Part shown: one piece after another, positions 28,086 through 37,965 of the stretch
How the letters are laid out: each line of letters starts with the position of its first letter
How positions within the stretch are numbered: position 1 is the first letter of the stretch
DNA from: an uncultured virus (IMG/VR IMGVR_UViG_3300031862_000640)
Lineage: Duplodnaviria; Heunggongvirae; Uroviricota; Caudoviricetes
Length of the DNA: 64,000 nt
Strand: one strand, 5' to 3'
IMG/VR virus record: IMGVR_UViG_3300031862_000640
Notes under the pieces: generated by a model
The model's input: the letters and a program-made list of their open reading frames with translations, nothing else
What the model was told of the DNA's origin: nothing
The model's database searches: none
Position numbers and translations under genes: made by a program

Positions 28086-28634
28086 TTGGCTGAGCATAAG
28101 CAACAGGTTGCATGTGTTTTTGTAGGTCTGCTGATTGGTGTAATTACCATGTCTGGATACTTGGCAATTACGAGAGCTGTAGCTCCCGCATCTCATGACC
28201 AACTGATAAAGGCAATCATGATGTACATGACTTGGCCGGTCGGTAGTGAAACGCTAAATGGTTACTGTTTTCCAACGCTTTTGACTGCGCGAACTGGTAT
28301 GGTCGGCACTGTGTTGAACGTTATCGACCTGAGAGACATTGTTTTGCGTAGTCGAATGTACGGGTCTGTAATGCCAGAAAGCATTTGGGCTTGGACATTC
28401 AACGGAACAACCGTGGCCATCGCAAGGATTCTTGGGCCTATAACTATCAGTAGTTACGGAGACGTCTGGTACGTTGAAATATCACGCCTGACGATGGCGC
28501 AGTTGACAATATACTTGCCTGATGGCACGCCAGAAGTAATGAGCATGCCTTTTGGGAGAGTAACACCAGTCGAAGGTTACAGTCCACATTTTTACGACAT
28601 TAATGGAACACGATACCAAGAAATCTGGCCTTGA
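28086..28634 (+). CDS. membrane-anchored protein, inverted within the block
   Basis: N-terminal TM; own TATTTCT element (28058) and GGTGA RBS. Confidence 0.65.
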   Translation: MAEHKQQVACVFVGLLIGVITMSGYLAITRAVAPASHDQLIKAIMMYMTWPVGSETLNGYCFPTLLTARTGMVGTVLNVIDLRDIVLRSRMYGSVMPESIWAWTFNGTTVAIARILGPITISSYGDVWYVEISRLTMAQLTIYLPDGTPEVMSMPFGRVTPVEGYSPHFYDINGTRYQEIWP

Positions 28635-28666
28635 CCTGCGATAACGTGACTACGGCAACATCAAGT

Positions 28667-31222
28667 TCAGTATTTTTTGCGGCTGATGGGTGGACGTCGG
28701 TCCACCAAGACCAGTCCAAAACCTACGACAACAAAACCAACGCCGAGGAATTGCAGATATGTGTAGTCCGTCACTGGTGGCTTCTGCACAAATAATGCTT
28801 GGATTACATATGTCCCTGAAGTGGAAAGTGTGACTGAATCCGATAGCAGTGTGCTATGTTGAATGTTGTTGACGACCCAAGCACCGAATTCGTATCCTGC
28901 ATGTGGTGTTGCTGTCATGTTGAACTGTGTCCCGATTGGAAATTGGTAGGTTCCAGCAATTGGAGTTATATCGCCACCTTGTGTTGTACCGATAATCACG
29001 GTTGCTTGACTGACGCTGTTAGGTTCGAAGAAGACTCCGATGATTTCTATGGCTTGAAGGTTGGTTATGATGATTGGCGGAAGTGAAGTAATGATGGTTG
29101 AGCCACGCATGACTTTTACGTAGTGGTGTCCAGTGGATGCTGTGGCTTGAATTGTGAGGTCTGTTCCTTGAACATATGTTGAAGGGTAGTGTCCCGCTAT
29201 GGGATTCGTAGTGCCCTGTCCGCTGGTTGAGATGGTTACATCTGAATATTTTGGTGGAATAATGCCCGGATTGAGGATGGCATTCAAAATTTTAGTGTCC
29301 AAGATTGTGCCTGCCTGATTTTTCAATTGTAAAGTAACACTGCATGCTTTTGCGGATGGAACGCCATTGTTGGTGGCCGCAAAAGACAAGCTGTTAGATG
29401 TGGCAGGAGCTAAAGTTAGCGAGTTTTGTGCAGGGTTTATGTAGAGTTCTGACGCTGACGCTGATGCCTGAACGATGTAGGTGCCTTGAATTGTGCAATT
29501 ATTGTATATTGTCGAAGCAAAATTCTCTGTTGCGCCGTCTTCGATAGTTATTTGGTCATTTCCCGTTCTCGACCATACGAGATTAGTGAAGTATCCAGTC
29601 ACAACCGCAGGTGAATAGATGACGCTGTCGGCAAGTTCAGTGCTTATTTTGGTGGTGACGAGGCTGTTGGCAGCACCATACGGCAGGTTGATTCTTAACG
29701 TACCGGAGCCGATGGCGTATCCTTGCCCCCAAACATCCGGCGACCGTCTGTGATAACCCTGATTATCAAGATAACTTTGCAGGTTTGTGATGGTAGGCGC
29801 GTTAGCGGTGTAGATTTCGTTGGTAGTGTCCGCAGACCAACCGATTGGATATGGAGAACTAAGACCGTTTGGCGTTATGGCGCTTGTGGCATCGCGATGA
29901 GGCCCATACCAATACTTAGAGAAGGAGTTGGAGGCGACATCAAATTTGACCACATTATCAATAGCGTATTCATTCACGTACGCAACATTATCGACGAAGT
30001 AGAGGTCGGGTAGCGAGATATCGTAACCAGTCGTCAATTTGCCAAGCTCTGTAACATAGAATGTCTCGGCGGGGTCATTCGGATTAGTCATTTGAACTGG
30101 ATTTATCCCTCCAACAGTATCGAAAGTTTGTGTAATGTCAAACAAATTCTTGCCAACTGTCTTCTTCAATTCCAATTGAAACGGAGTATGTAGTTCCCAG
30201 TAAGACGTGGAGAAAGTGCGTGTAGGCACGTTTAAAGCAGGAGCAGTTCCTGCCGGATTGTTAGATTCCCAATGAAAGTTGTCAACCCAGTCAAGCCCAT
30301 GAGATGGGGAGAAAGGTCCGAACCAGAATGACGGTATGACTGTTTCTGATATTAGCGTATAGTCGTGTGTTGCGAACTCCACCCAAGTGTATCCGCCGTC
30401 TAAGGCAGCGTTGGTCAGGCTGTAATACCAGTGAAGTTTGTTGAGCCCGTACGTGTCCCAGCTGATTTTCCATGCGCGAACGGATCCCCCAGAACGTGGT
30501 AACGACCCAGACCAGACGCCAGTTTTTGTGTTTGTCGGCCAGTCATACTTGTTGATTGACGACCCACCAGTGACCCCGTATCCGAAGCTATAAGTCTGTA
30601 CAGTATATCTGCCATCGACATTTAAATCGAACCAGAAACTATCGCCCCCGCCGTTTGTGTCAAGCTGGATGTAGGTGTCTCGAATGCTCTTGGCAGCACA
30701 AAATACGCCGTCCAACACGCGGTCCCCGCCTGGGAACTCCATTCGTTGATTCACTATTCTTGTTGATTGTGGTTCACCGTAATGTTGCCAAAAGAACTCC
30801 CAATATGAAAGTTGAAGGTTCTCATCGAAGGTGTCGTATCTGCCGAGCAGATTATTGACTACAGGCGTTGATTGAACTGTCGTCGTACTTAACGCCCGCA
30901 GGTAGTAGGGTTGCTGCGGAGTGATTGTCATTTCGACAACCGCCTGCGGAACTATCTTTTGACCACTAATCGCGTCTTGACCGTAGAGTACAGACTGCGA
31001 ACTGTCGAACTTGTAGTAGAGGTAGGATTCGCTTGCGTCAGCTAGGAACGTCACAATCCAGTATGAACCGTGCCACTCACCATCTGCACCAGAAGACCCC
31101 TGCTGTAGAATGTAAACGTTTGACGCTGAGATAATGGTCATCGGCAGTAGACCAGTGTAAGGAACAATAAGCATTGCTAAACCGCAGAGAACAAAAATAG
31201 ATCCCAAAGCAGATTTGCCCAT
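28667..31222 (-). CDS. spike-like membrane protein, paralogue 2
   Basis: N- and C-terminal TMs, extra internal domain, two InlB-B-repeat-like units; start MGKSAL. Confidence 0.75.
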   Translation of the reverse strand: MGKSALGSIFVLCGLAMLIVPYTGLLPMTIISASNVYILQQGSSGADGEWHGSYWIVTFLADASESYLYYKFDSSQSVLYGQDAISGQKIVPQAVVEMTITPQQPYYLRALSTTTVQSTPVVNNLLGRYDTFDENLQLSYWEFFWQHYGEPQSTRIVNQRMEFPGGDRVLDGVFCAAKSIRDTYIQLDTNGGGDSFWFDLNVDGRYTVQTYSFGYGVTGGSSINKYDWPTNTKTGVWSGSLPRSGGSVRAWKISWDTYGLNKLHWYYSLTNAALDGGYTWVEFATHDYTLISETVIPSFWFGPFSPSHGLDWVDNFHWESNNPAGTAPALNVPTRTFSTSYWELHTPFQLELKKTVGKNLFDITQTFDTVGGINPVQMTNPNDPAETFYVTELGKLTTGYDISLPDLYFVDNVAYVNEYAIDNVVKFDVASNSFSKYWYGPHRDATSAITPNGLSSPYPIGWSADTTNEIYTANAPTITNLQSYLDNQGYHRRSPDVWGQGYAIGSGTLRINLPYGAANSLVTTKISTELADSVIYSPAVVTGYFTNLVWSRTGNDQITIEDGATENFASTIYNNCTIQGTYIVQASASASELYINPAQNSLTLAPATSNSLSFAATNNGVPSAKACSVTLQLKNQAGTILDTKILNAILNPGIIPPKYSDVTISTSGQGTTNPIAGHYPSTYVQGTDLTIQATASTGHHYVKVMRGSTIITSLPPIIITNLQAIEIIGVFFEPNSVSQATVIIGTTQGGDITPIAGTYQFPIGTQFNMTATPHAGYEFGAWVVNNIQHSTLLSDSVTLSTSGTYVIQALFVQKPPVTDYTYLQFLGVGFVVVGFGLVLVDRRPPISRKKY

Positions 31223-31279
31223 TTCCCTCACATTCTTAACAGAGAAATACTGATGGCGATTCAATCAGGGCTCGTTTTT

Positions 31280-31792
31280 TTATTGTCGTCTTTTGCGACG
31301 CGTATGCTCTGGAGTTTTCGAACCACCTACGTATTCACTTGTTATGTAAAGGACTCCGACGACCAGCAGAAACAAGATGAGCGCGGTTGCGCTGGCCTGT
31401 TGAGGAGCAGCCACAGCCATCGGTGCAACAGTGAACCGTATACTGCCGCTAATGTCTGTCAACCAACCGAAAAGAAAAGCTCCAGGTATCAACAGTGGCA
31501 GCCACGGAAATTTCTTCAAAGTTTGGTCGTTGACAATCTTGGTTTTCACAGCGATGTAGAATAGAAACAAGGCGGCAACTGTGAAAATAGTCGCTGTCCA
31601 AATATGCATGGACTGAAGTGTCAAGTAGATGATGACGCCCGCGCCGAGCAGAACCGCTATGAAGACTATGCCGATTATCAGCAGAATGATTCCGACGCCA
31701 GGTACAGCCAACACTAAGAGTAGACCTGCAAGCCCACCCGTCCCGAATATTCCACCAGCTTTTTCTGCACTTTGCATATCACGCGTCTCCAA
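31280..31792 (-). CDS. multi-pass membrane protein
   Basis: Several TMs, basic tail. Confidence 0.65.
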   Translation of the reverse strand: METRDMQSAEKAGGIFGTGGLAGLLLVLAVPGVGIILLIIGIVFIAVLLGAGVIIYLTLQSMHIWTATIFTVAALFLFYIAVKTKIVNDQTLKKFPWLPLLIPGAFLFGWLTDISGSIRFTVAPMAVAAPQQASATALILFLLVVGVLYITSEYVGGSKTPEHTRRKRRQ

Positions 31793-31803
31793 ATATTAAA
31801 TAT

Positions 31804-32058
31804 CTATTTGCCTCTTACTTCTTGAACCACAATTTTCTTGTCGTTTTGGAAAGCAGTAATGATACAAAGGAAACCCAAGAAACAGAGAAACACCCAGATT
31901 GGCACGTTGAAGAAAGTCATTTGTCCGAGCCCATAGAACGGGTTAGGAATGTTGATGGGATAACCGAATATGTTTCCAATGTTGATGCTTGACACGAATC
32001 CGATGAAGTAGGTTATGAGGAGAAGCAGGATGCCGTAGAAAAGGTTTGAGCCTTTCAT
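31804..32058 (-). CDS. small two-TM protein
   Basis: Start MKGSNLF. Confidence 0.55.
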   Translation of the reverse strand: MKGSNLFYGILLLLITYFIGFVSSINIGNIFGYPINIPNPFYGLGQMTFFNVPIWVFLCFLGFLCIITAFQNDKKIVVQEVRGK

Positions 32059-32134
32059 TGTTTCGGATTCCCTCATAGATAAAATACAACGGAGTACAAC
32101 GGCGCACCTATGCAAATAAGACTCTTGTGGTAGA

Positions 32135-32588
32135 CTATCGCAAAGTGATGCTTAGGATTCGGAGAGAGCCTGCGCTGTCAAAATATGTATAGACTTCGCA
32201 CAGAGATGGGGGCGAAAGCAACGGATGTTTTGGAACTGCGAGCACGTTGTAAAACGTGTTTGAAGCAGTCACTATTTTAATGAATGTCCACACATTTGAT
32301 GAGTAGCTTGCTGCACTTTCTCCTGTAAACACCGTTTGTGAGCGACAGTGAGATTTCTTCTAATTCAGTGCTAACCATCATGCCGTTTTCATCTGCAGGC
32401 GCAAGGAATAAGTCAAAGGCAGGTGTGGTGTCGGCGCTCAATATTTTGACTCGAACACGGACCGCAGAAGGAACTTGGATTTGTGACAGGGCGATTATTA
32501 CAAAAAGGGCTACACTGAAGAGTCCAACAACCCTTCCTTTAGGCGTGTCAAAGAAATCTTTCCAAGGACTCTGTTGATGTTTGTTCAA
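32135..32588 (-). pseudogene. membrane-anchored protein split by an apparent frameshift
   Basis: Two overlapping ORFs join as ...LTNG-VFTGESAA if 2 nt are restored near 32330. Confidence 0.45.
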
Positions 32589-32776
32589 CGCTATTTCCTC
32601 AATAATAGAATAGTGAAATATGAACAGCTCTCTTTTTCTATGAAGATAGTTCTTGTGCGATTTCTATTAGTACAACCTGTATTCTGCACAGGAATTTTTC
32701 ACTTCACGTCGCTATAATATAATAATTTTAACTCAACCAGCAGGGCAGTAGAACTCGCCACGATTTTTGAAACGGC

Positions 32777-33127
32777 ATGGTAAGCATGGAAGATTGCGGT
32801 TTTATTATAAAAAGCGCATTGGATTCATGGACCTTTTCAAGAACTTTTTGCTTTATACGTCAAACTCTTGCTACAGTCCATCAATCCATCCAAGAACAAT
32901 GGACTTTCTTCATGAAACAATTAACCAACTTTCCCATCGCCAATATTCCAAAGAAAAAACTCACGACCCAATTCAAGAACTTTTGGCTCAATGACTTACA
33001 ATATTTTCTCTCCCTGCAGTCTCTCTGCATCGCAAATGTTTTAGGGGAAATAATCAAAAGCAAGGAATGCTCTTCGCTGCAAAATTCCGATGGGATTCAT
33101 CCAAGAAATGGAATCGGTCTTTCGTAA
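32777..33127 (+). CDS. hypothetical protein
   Basis: 116-aa ORF divergent from the structural block. Confidence 0.45.
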   Translation: MVSMEDCGFIIKSALDSWTFSRTFCFIRQTLATVHQSIQEQWTFFMKQLTNFPIANIPKKKLTTQFKNFWLNDLQYFLSLQSLCIANVLGEIIKSKECSSLQNSDGIHPRNGIGLS

Positions 33128-33509
33128 GGGCATGAGACGAGAATCGGCGACATTACTTCAACGGAAGTATTCTGCCAGCCGAAACTATTTTAATCAGAAA
33201 AATCAACGTGTTAAGGGTGCGAGATTGAAGGATAACTGTTTATGGTTTAACTTCCACTGGGTCTTAGATGTCAGTTACACGCACATTGGGAACGCACCAG
33301 TCCTAGCAAGGTTAGTAGAAAAGTACGGCGTTTTCTGGGATGGTGAGTTTTGTTATATTCACCAAAAGAATTTCATTTTGAGATTTCCAGATTGGCGTTC
33401 AAACTACCGAACAGATTATGAGGCAATAAAAAGGCATCATGGTATCAATGACCCGAAACAACAGAAACTTGATACTTTTCTTCCCAAGAGGAAAAAAGTT
33501 GAATTGTAG
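33090..33509 (+). CDS. basic protein with C-terminal PIP box
   Basis: QQKLDTFL fits QxxLxxF(F/L). Confidence 0.6.
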   Translation: MGFIQEMESVFRKGMRRESATLLQRKYSASRNYFNQKNQRVKGARLKDNCLWFNFHWVLDVSYTHIGNAPVLARLVEKYGVFWDGEFCYIHQKNFILRFPDWRSNYRTDYEAIKRHHGINDPKQQKLDTFLPKRKKVEL

Positions 33510-33561
33510 TCGAAAGTATTTTATTTAGAATAATCCAAAGAGAAGTTTTGGAGAAGAACTA

Positions 33562-33834
33562 ATGGCGACAAATGAAGAACGACGTCTAAAGCAGTTTATA
33601 TTCTTGTTCTTAATTCTAACGGTCGTTTGCATTTCTATTAGCATGGTAAACGGTTTAAATATTGTTAGCGTATTTTTCTTTTTTGCAGGTTTGTTGTGTG
33701 TCTATTTTGCTTTGGTGTATGGAACGGAAGTTACGCGCATCCGTTGGCGTAGAATGATGCTGGAATGGCAAGCATCTAAAAGGCGTGTAGAAGCGAGATT
33801 TGGAAAATTCGATTACGACAAAAAAGGACACTGA
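33562..33834 (+). CDS. small two-TM protein
   Basis: Hydrophobic hairpin. Confidence 0.55.
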   Translation: MATNEERRLKQFIFLFLILTVVCISISMVNGLNIVSVFFFFAGLLCVYFALVYGTEVTRIRWRRMMLEWQASKRRVEARFGKFDYDKKGH

Positions 33835-33838
33835 TGGA

Positions 33839-34372
33839 ATGCCTTCACCGCTTGGTCACTTTGGCGTGGCATACATGATTCACAGGTTGAAGAAAACTTT
33901 AAGCCTGCCAGCGCTCATAGTCAGTTCAACATTTTCAGACATAGACACGCTCATTTATTTTCTGTCGAATAAAAGTTCTTACATAGGAAGGGAATTGTTT
34001 CATAGTTTTATTGGAATGGGAACGCTCGGAACCTTTATTTCGGTGCTTTTAACCGCACTTGTGTATCCTAAGGTTGCGTCAATATTTTTTCACGTAAATA
34101 AACCTGAACAAAAATGCAATTTTTTAGGAACTGTTGTTGTTTCATGTCTCCTTGGAGGCTTTTCTCACATTCTAATAGATTCAACATGCCACTGTTACAA
34201 TCCTCTTTTCTATCCGTTTACCAGACAATCGATTGATGCACTGCTATTCACGAGCGACTGGAGACTATCATATGCTATTGTCGAAATCCTCCTTCTTACA
34301 ATGCTACTCATAACACTGATAGTTGAAAATAGGGCGAAGGTCAAAGAGTTTTGGAAAACAAAAAGGGGATGA
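33839..34372 (+). CDS. membrane metal-dependent hydrolase (YdjM-like)
   Basis: MPSPLGH, SDID, FHS, SHILID and PLFYPF motifs. Confidence 0.75.
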   Translation: MPSPLGHFGVAYMIHRLKKTLSLPALIVSSTFSDIDTLIYFLSNKSSYIGRELFHSFIGMGTLGTFISVLLTALVYPKVASIFFHVNKPEQKCNFLGTVVVSCLLGGFSHILIDSTCHCYNPLFYPFTRQSIDALLFTSDWRLSYAIVEILLLTMLLITLIVENRAKVKEFWKTKRG

Positions 34373-34446
34373 AATGCCTTCATGGTTTTTTTTCATCGTC
34401 ATAGTCTTGTATTCCCTTTTGATGGTCGGGTCTTGTCGAAGGTGTT

Positions 34447-35034
34447 TTAAATCGTGACCGCTTTATTTTTTTGCCCATTGTTTTTTCCTTCCTTTTTTTT
34501 CTTTAATAATTCCAGACATGAAAACGGCAAGCAAACAAGTTGATGACTGCCGTTCGGCGAAATTTTCGTTGATTGTAGACGGTGGACCTCACAGGATTTA
34601 TTGCAGAAAGACCTGAACAGTTTTTCGCCTTCAGGGCTTCTGTCATTCTTAGCGCTTTCCATGTCCTTGCAAAAAGATACGTATGTTGTTTCTGTTTGTC
34701 CCAATTGTGGAACAATCAAGTCTACGAGTAGTCTTTCACTTCGTCTCGAAGCAAGCATTGTGCGAACCTGGCGAAGCAAGACATCGTGCAAACTCTCTTG
34801 GTAAGGCGAGCGATTTTGGCGAATTAATTCCAAACATGAAAAGGGCATGCAAAAGAGCTGGTGACTGACGTGTTCCTTGTGAATAATGCACCGATTGTTG
34901 CAGAAATAATTCAGTTCCTTCTGAGGTTGAGGCATCTCCATCTCTTTGCAGAATGACACATAGGTAGTTTCAGCCTTCGACAGCTGCTCGATAATCAGTT
35001 CTACGAGCCCCTCATGAGTCTTCGGCCATTTCAT
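34447..35034 (-). CDS. protein of two tandem Cys/His-rich domains
   Basis: ETTYVSFCK.ME...FCN..C..H...HQL.C.PFSCLEL occurs twice. Confidence 0.75.
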   Translation of the reverse strand: MKWPKTHEGLVELIIEQLSKAETTYVSFCKEMEMPQPQKELNYFCNNRCIIHKEHVSHQLFCMPFSCLELIRQNRSPYQESLHDVLLRQVRTMLASRRSERLLVDLIVPQLGQTETTYVSFCKDMESAKNDRSPEGEKLFRSFCNKSCEVHRLQSTKISPNGSHQLVCLPFSCLELLKKKKEGKNNGQKNKAVTI

Positions 35035-35035
35035 C

Positions 35036-35461
35036 TCACATTTCTCTCCTCACGATTGGATTGATAATGACGAATTTCGTCGGATCCACGTTTTGAGCAG
35101 ACTTTACTAATTCCCTGATTGCTTTGATGTGGATCTCAAGGCTGCCGAGCCCCTCAGGATTATAGAATAGTCCTGTGATTTCGGCTTCAATTCTTGGCAA
35201 ATTATATTTTGGATATCCTTCAACAAACCAAGCTTGATGTACCTTTAGCATCGTGGTCATGTCTTGGACTCGTTCATCATTGATGTTCCAATTGGCATGG
35301 TCGCAGAGCCTCTTGACCCAATAATGCGTCATCTCCCGATACTCAACAGTTTTTTTGCCCGTCTTAATCTGTTCATAGATGGTTTCTGCACAATGCCGGT
35401 AAGGTCTGACAGGAGTGAGAGGAGCATACTTGGCTAAATGAAAGATCACTATGTCATTCAA
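35036..35461 (-). CDS. ASCH-domain protein, second copy
   Basis: YEQIKTGKKTVEYRE...YWVKRL...F.EGY. Confidence 0.75.
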   Translation of the reverse strand: MNDIVIFHLAKYAPLTPVRPYRHCAETIYEQIKTGKKTVEYREMTHYWVKRLCDHANWNINDERVQDMTTMLKVHQAWFVEGYPKYNLPRIEAEITGLFYNPEGLGSLEIHIKAIRELVKSAQNVDPTKFVIINPIVRREM

Positions 35462-35724
35462 GATGGTTTCCTTTCCTCTGATTTTTCCAAATTAATTCCA
35501 GACTTCTGCTTCTCAAGTTCTTCCACTTTCCTTTCTAAATTCTTAACGTATTCGAGATGACTGGCGAAAAGCCAAGCAACAGTCGAGAACAAGAGCCCGA
35601 AGAATGAAAATACAAAGATGCCCATAGCCCAACGCGACGGATCCAAGTGCATTTGTCCCACGATGCTGAAAATCACTGTACAAACAGCGCAGACCCACCA
35701 GACCTTCTCAATTTGCTTCTTCAA
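35458..35724 (-). CDS. two-TM protein with coiled tail
   Basis: Hydrophobic hairpin. Confidence 0.5.
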   Translation of the reverse strand: MKKQIEKVWWVCAVCTVIFSIVGQMHLDPSRWAMGIFVFSFFGLLFSTVAWLFASHLEYVKNLERKVEELEKQKSGINLEKSEERKPS

Positions 35725-36103
35725 GACGGTTCCTCTCTGTCGAATTGCGAAATCTTTTTTCCAGAAAAATAAATAGACAACCTATCTTCTTTCATAACGC
35801 TTCCTTCTCGTCTTCTGCCTTCAATTTTTTGTGTTGGTCAATAGCTATTTGGCATCTTCGACAGTCTTTAGAACATGCTGTTTGGATGAGCATGCAAATT
35901 GTTATAGTATGTAGCTTAAAAGCGTCTTTTGTTAAGCGTCTTTTCACCAGCCTAACTTCCTGGAGGCCAATTCTCATTTGATCCATTAAACTTGTCAGCA
36001 CACTTTGGACAGAGTCCGTCACGATGCCCGTCCTTGTACTGTCTGAACAACACTACAACACTATGATGTGACGGCCTGCCAAAACCAGCACAAACATCCT
36101 GTT

Positions 36104-36355
36104 TCATTTACTCTTCCTTCTTTGCCATACCTTCTCTGCTCTCAACCTGAGAAAACGCTTGTATGCAGGATTGCGTTGGTAGACCTGCATCTTCTCTATA
36201 ATTATCCGGCGTAAGAGCACAGCAATCTTCTCACGTTCAAACAAGGATATGCTCTCAAGCTCTTTTCGGCTCTCCCAATCAAGTCTTATGGTAATTCCGA
36301 TGTTGTGAGAGACGGTCTCTTTCTTGGCTGAAGCCATATTGAGTCTTCTCAGCAT
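36104..36355 (-). CDS. ribbon-helix-helix-like protein
   Basis: ITIRLD...ELESIS...IAVLLRRII. Confidence 0.55.
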   Translation of the reverse strand: MLRRLNMASAKKETVSHNIGITIRLDWESRKELESISLFEREKIAVLLRRIIIEKMQVYQRNPAYKRFLRLRAEKVWQRRKSK

Positions 36356-36476
36356 CTAATAGATTCTATTGCCTTATAACGATTTCGTCAAGAAGCTTTG
36401 CATGGAGCGAGAGATTCTCGTGAGAATACTTTGATGTGTGAGTCCAAGTAGCCTACATTAGTTGCCTCAGGAACAC

Positions 36477-36935
36477 TTAACGTAGCATTATGGTTGGGGG
36501 TTTTTGGTTTTTGTCTCCTCTCCAGTTGAGTGTAACTCCACCGTAGCCGTCGCCTTTGTCGCCCATCCATCCGCATTTTGGACATTTTGCTCTAAGGACT
36601 TCTGCGATTTTCTTGGCGTTTCGTTTGAAGTCTGCTTCGGTCTTCATTAACGGTCGAGCTGCGTCGATTCCGCCGCTGAACTCTTTGACGTTGCCGACGT
36701 ATCCGCATTTGAGGCATTTCGACCAGTGTTCTCCCTTTGGCTTGTGTTTTGCTAGGGTGTCAGACATGGCTTTGATAGTTTGGTAGGCTTTGTCTCGAGG
36801 AACGATGGCGGTGAAGGCTACTTTGGTGACGATGAATTTCTTTCTAAGGTCGGACTGTGACTTGGTAATTGGATGTGTTTCTCCATCTTTGCCTGTGTAG
36901 AATCCGACAACGCTATCTTTAGTGTGCTTTCGCAT
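36477..36935 (-). CDS. VGFY-module protein 1, zinc-ribbon cargo
   Basis: VVGFYTGKDGETHPITKS; CLKCG...CPKCG. Confidence 0.8.
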   Translation of the reverse strand: MRKHTKDSVVGFYTGKDGETHPITKSQSDLRKKFIVTKVAFTAIVPRDKAYQTIKAMSDTLAKHKPKGEHWSKCLKCGYVGNVKEFSGGIDAARPLMKTEADFKRNAKKIAEVLRAKCPKCGWMGDKGDGYGGVTLNWRGDKNQKPPTIMLR

Positions 36936-37004
36936 GTCTGTTCAAGATAGAAATACCCGTTTTAATTTTTTCAGAAAATTGGTTCAGACTGTTTCATAGC
37001 GTAA

Positions 37005-37949
37005 TTATCTGCGTTTAGTCCTACGAAGCCGTTTGAGATGATGCTTGCTTGCCCAGACTTCTGGTTCTTTCTGAAGTGAATGTTCTATAGAGGTTGCGGC
37101 AGCTGAGAAGTGCTCACCCGCCAGTCTTACTTTTTCTTCCTTGGGAAGCGAGTTGAACAGGTCATCGATCTTATCATTAATCGTTTTCAAACGAGCTTCT
37201 AACCTATGAACTCTCCGACTTCGACCAGGATAGGAACGAGCGTCAACTGTTCGTTGTAACATTAAATCTACATTTACGTGTTCTTCCTCTAAAGCTGTAA
37301 TCCGTTGTTCAACGCTTCTTTTACCGCCGCCGTGGTGTGTTCTGATGATGGGTGTGAGCATGGGTGTGCCGAACTGTTTCAGGTAGACCCACTCTTTGCG
37401 TTGTACCTTGTTGATGTGTTTGTCGTAGTCTGTCCATTGTTCTGGAGTGTGGTTTTTGAGGAATGTGCGGTGTTCGATTGTGTCTGTTACGTCGTGGGCT
37501 TCGATGTCTGGTTCTAAAGTATGGTTTTCGGTTAGGTCTTTTTCGATGGCTTCGTGGAGACTTGCGAATGGATAGTATTTTTTGTATACGTTGTCGTCTA
37601 TGTAGACTTCTGGTTTGGTTCGGCTCCAGGATGCTGCCCAGAATTCATGGGGCACGATTACTATGTCGTCTTCAACGTGTCTGCCGTCAAAGTCGAAGCT
37701 GATTTTTCCGTAGCGTAGGACTTTTGCGTAGCGGTGCTGTTTTGCGTCAAAGATGTACTCTGTTTTAGGACGTGTGTATGGAGCAAGTTTGATGTTGGTT
37801 GGGTCGAGAGCTTTCAGTCGTCTGATTAATGAGTGTTTGGTCGGGGCTATGGTTTTGAAATGTTGAGACCCCTGAATCTTTTTTCTCGAAAATTCGGAGA
37901 GAGGTTTGGTGATGGGTCTAACTTCTTTGTTTTTGGTGAAAAAACCCAC
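37005..37949 (-). CDS. VGFY-module protein 2, HExxE metal-binding cargo (start uncertain)
   Basis: VGFFTKNKEVRPITKP; EVYID...LHEAIE...AH. Confidence 0.75.
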   Translation of the reverse strand: MGFFTKNKEVRPITKPLSEFSRKKIQGSQHFKTIAPTKHSLIRRLKALDPTNIKLAPYTRPKTEYIFDAKQHRYAKVLRYGKISFDFDGRHVEDDIVIVPHEFWAASWSRTKPEVYIDDNVYKKYYPFASLHEAIEKDLTENHTLEPDIEAHDVTDTIEHRTFLKNHTPEQWTDYDKHINKVQRKEWVYLKQFGTPMLTPIIRTHHGGGKRSVEQRITALEEEHVNVDLMLQRTVDARSYPGRSRRVHRLEARLKTINDKIDDLFNSLPKEEKVRLAGEHFSAAATSIEHSLQKEPEVWASKHHLKRLRRTKRR

Positions 37950-37965
37950 AGCTATTTTTCGCTGT

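Noticed and set aside
33611..33620. 10-nt match to the putative TnpB guide (TAATTCTAAC)
   Set aside because: Too short and AT-rich, with no recognisable TAM.
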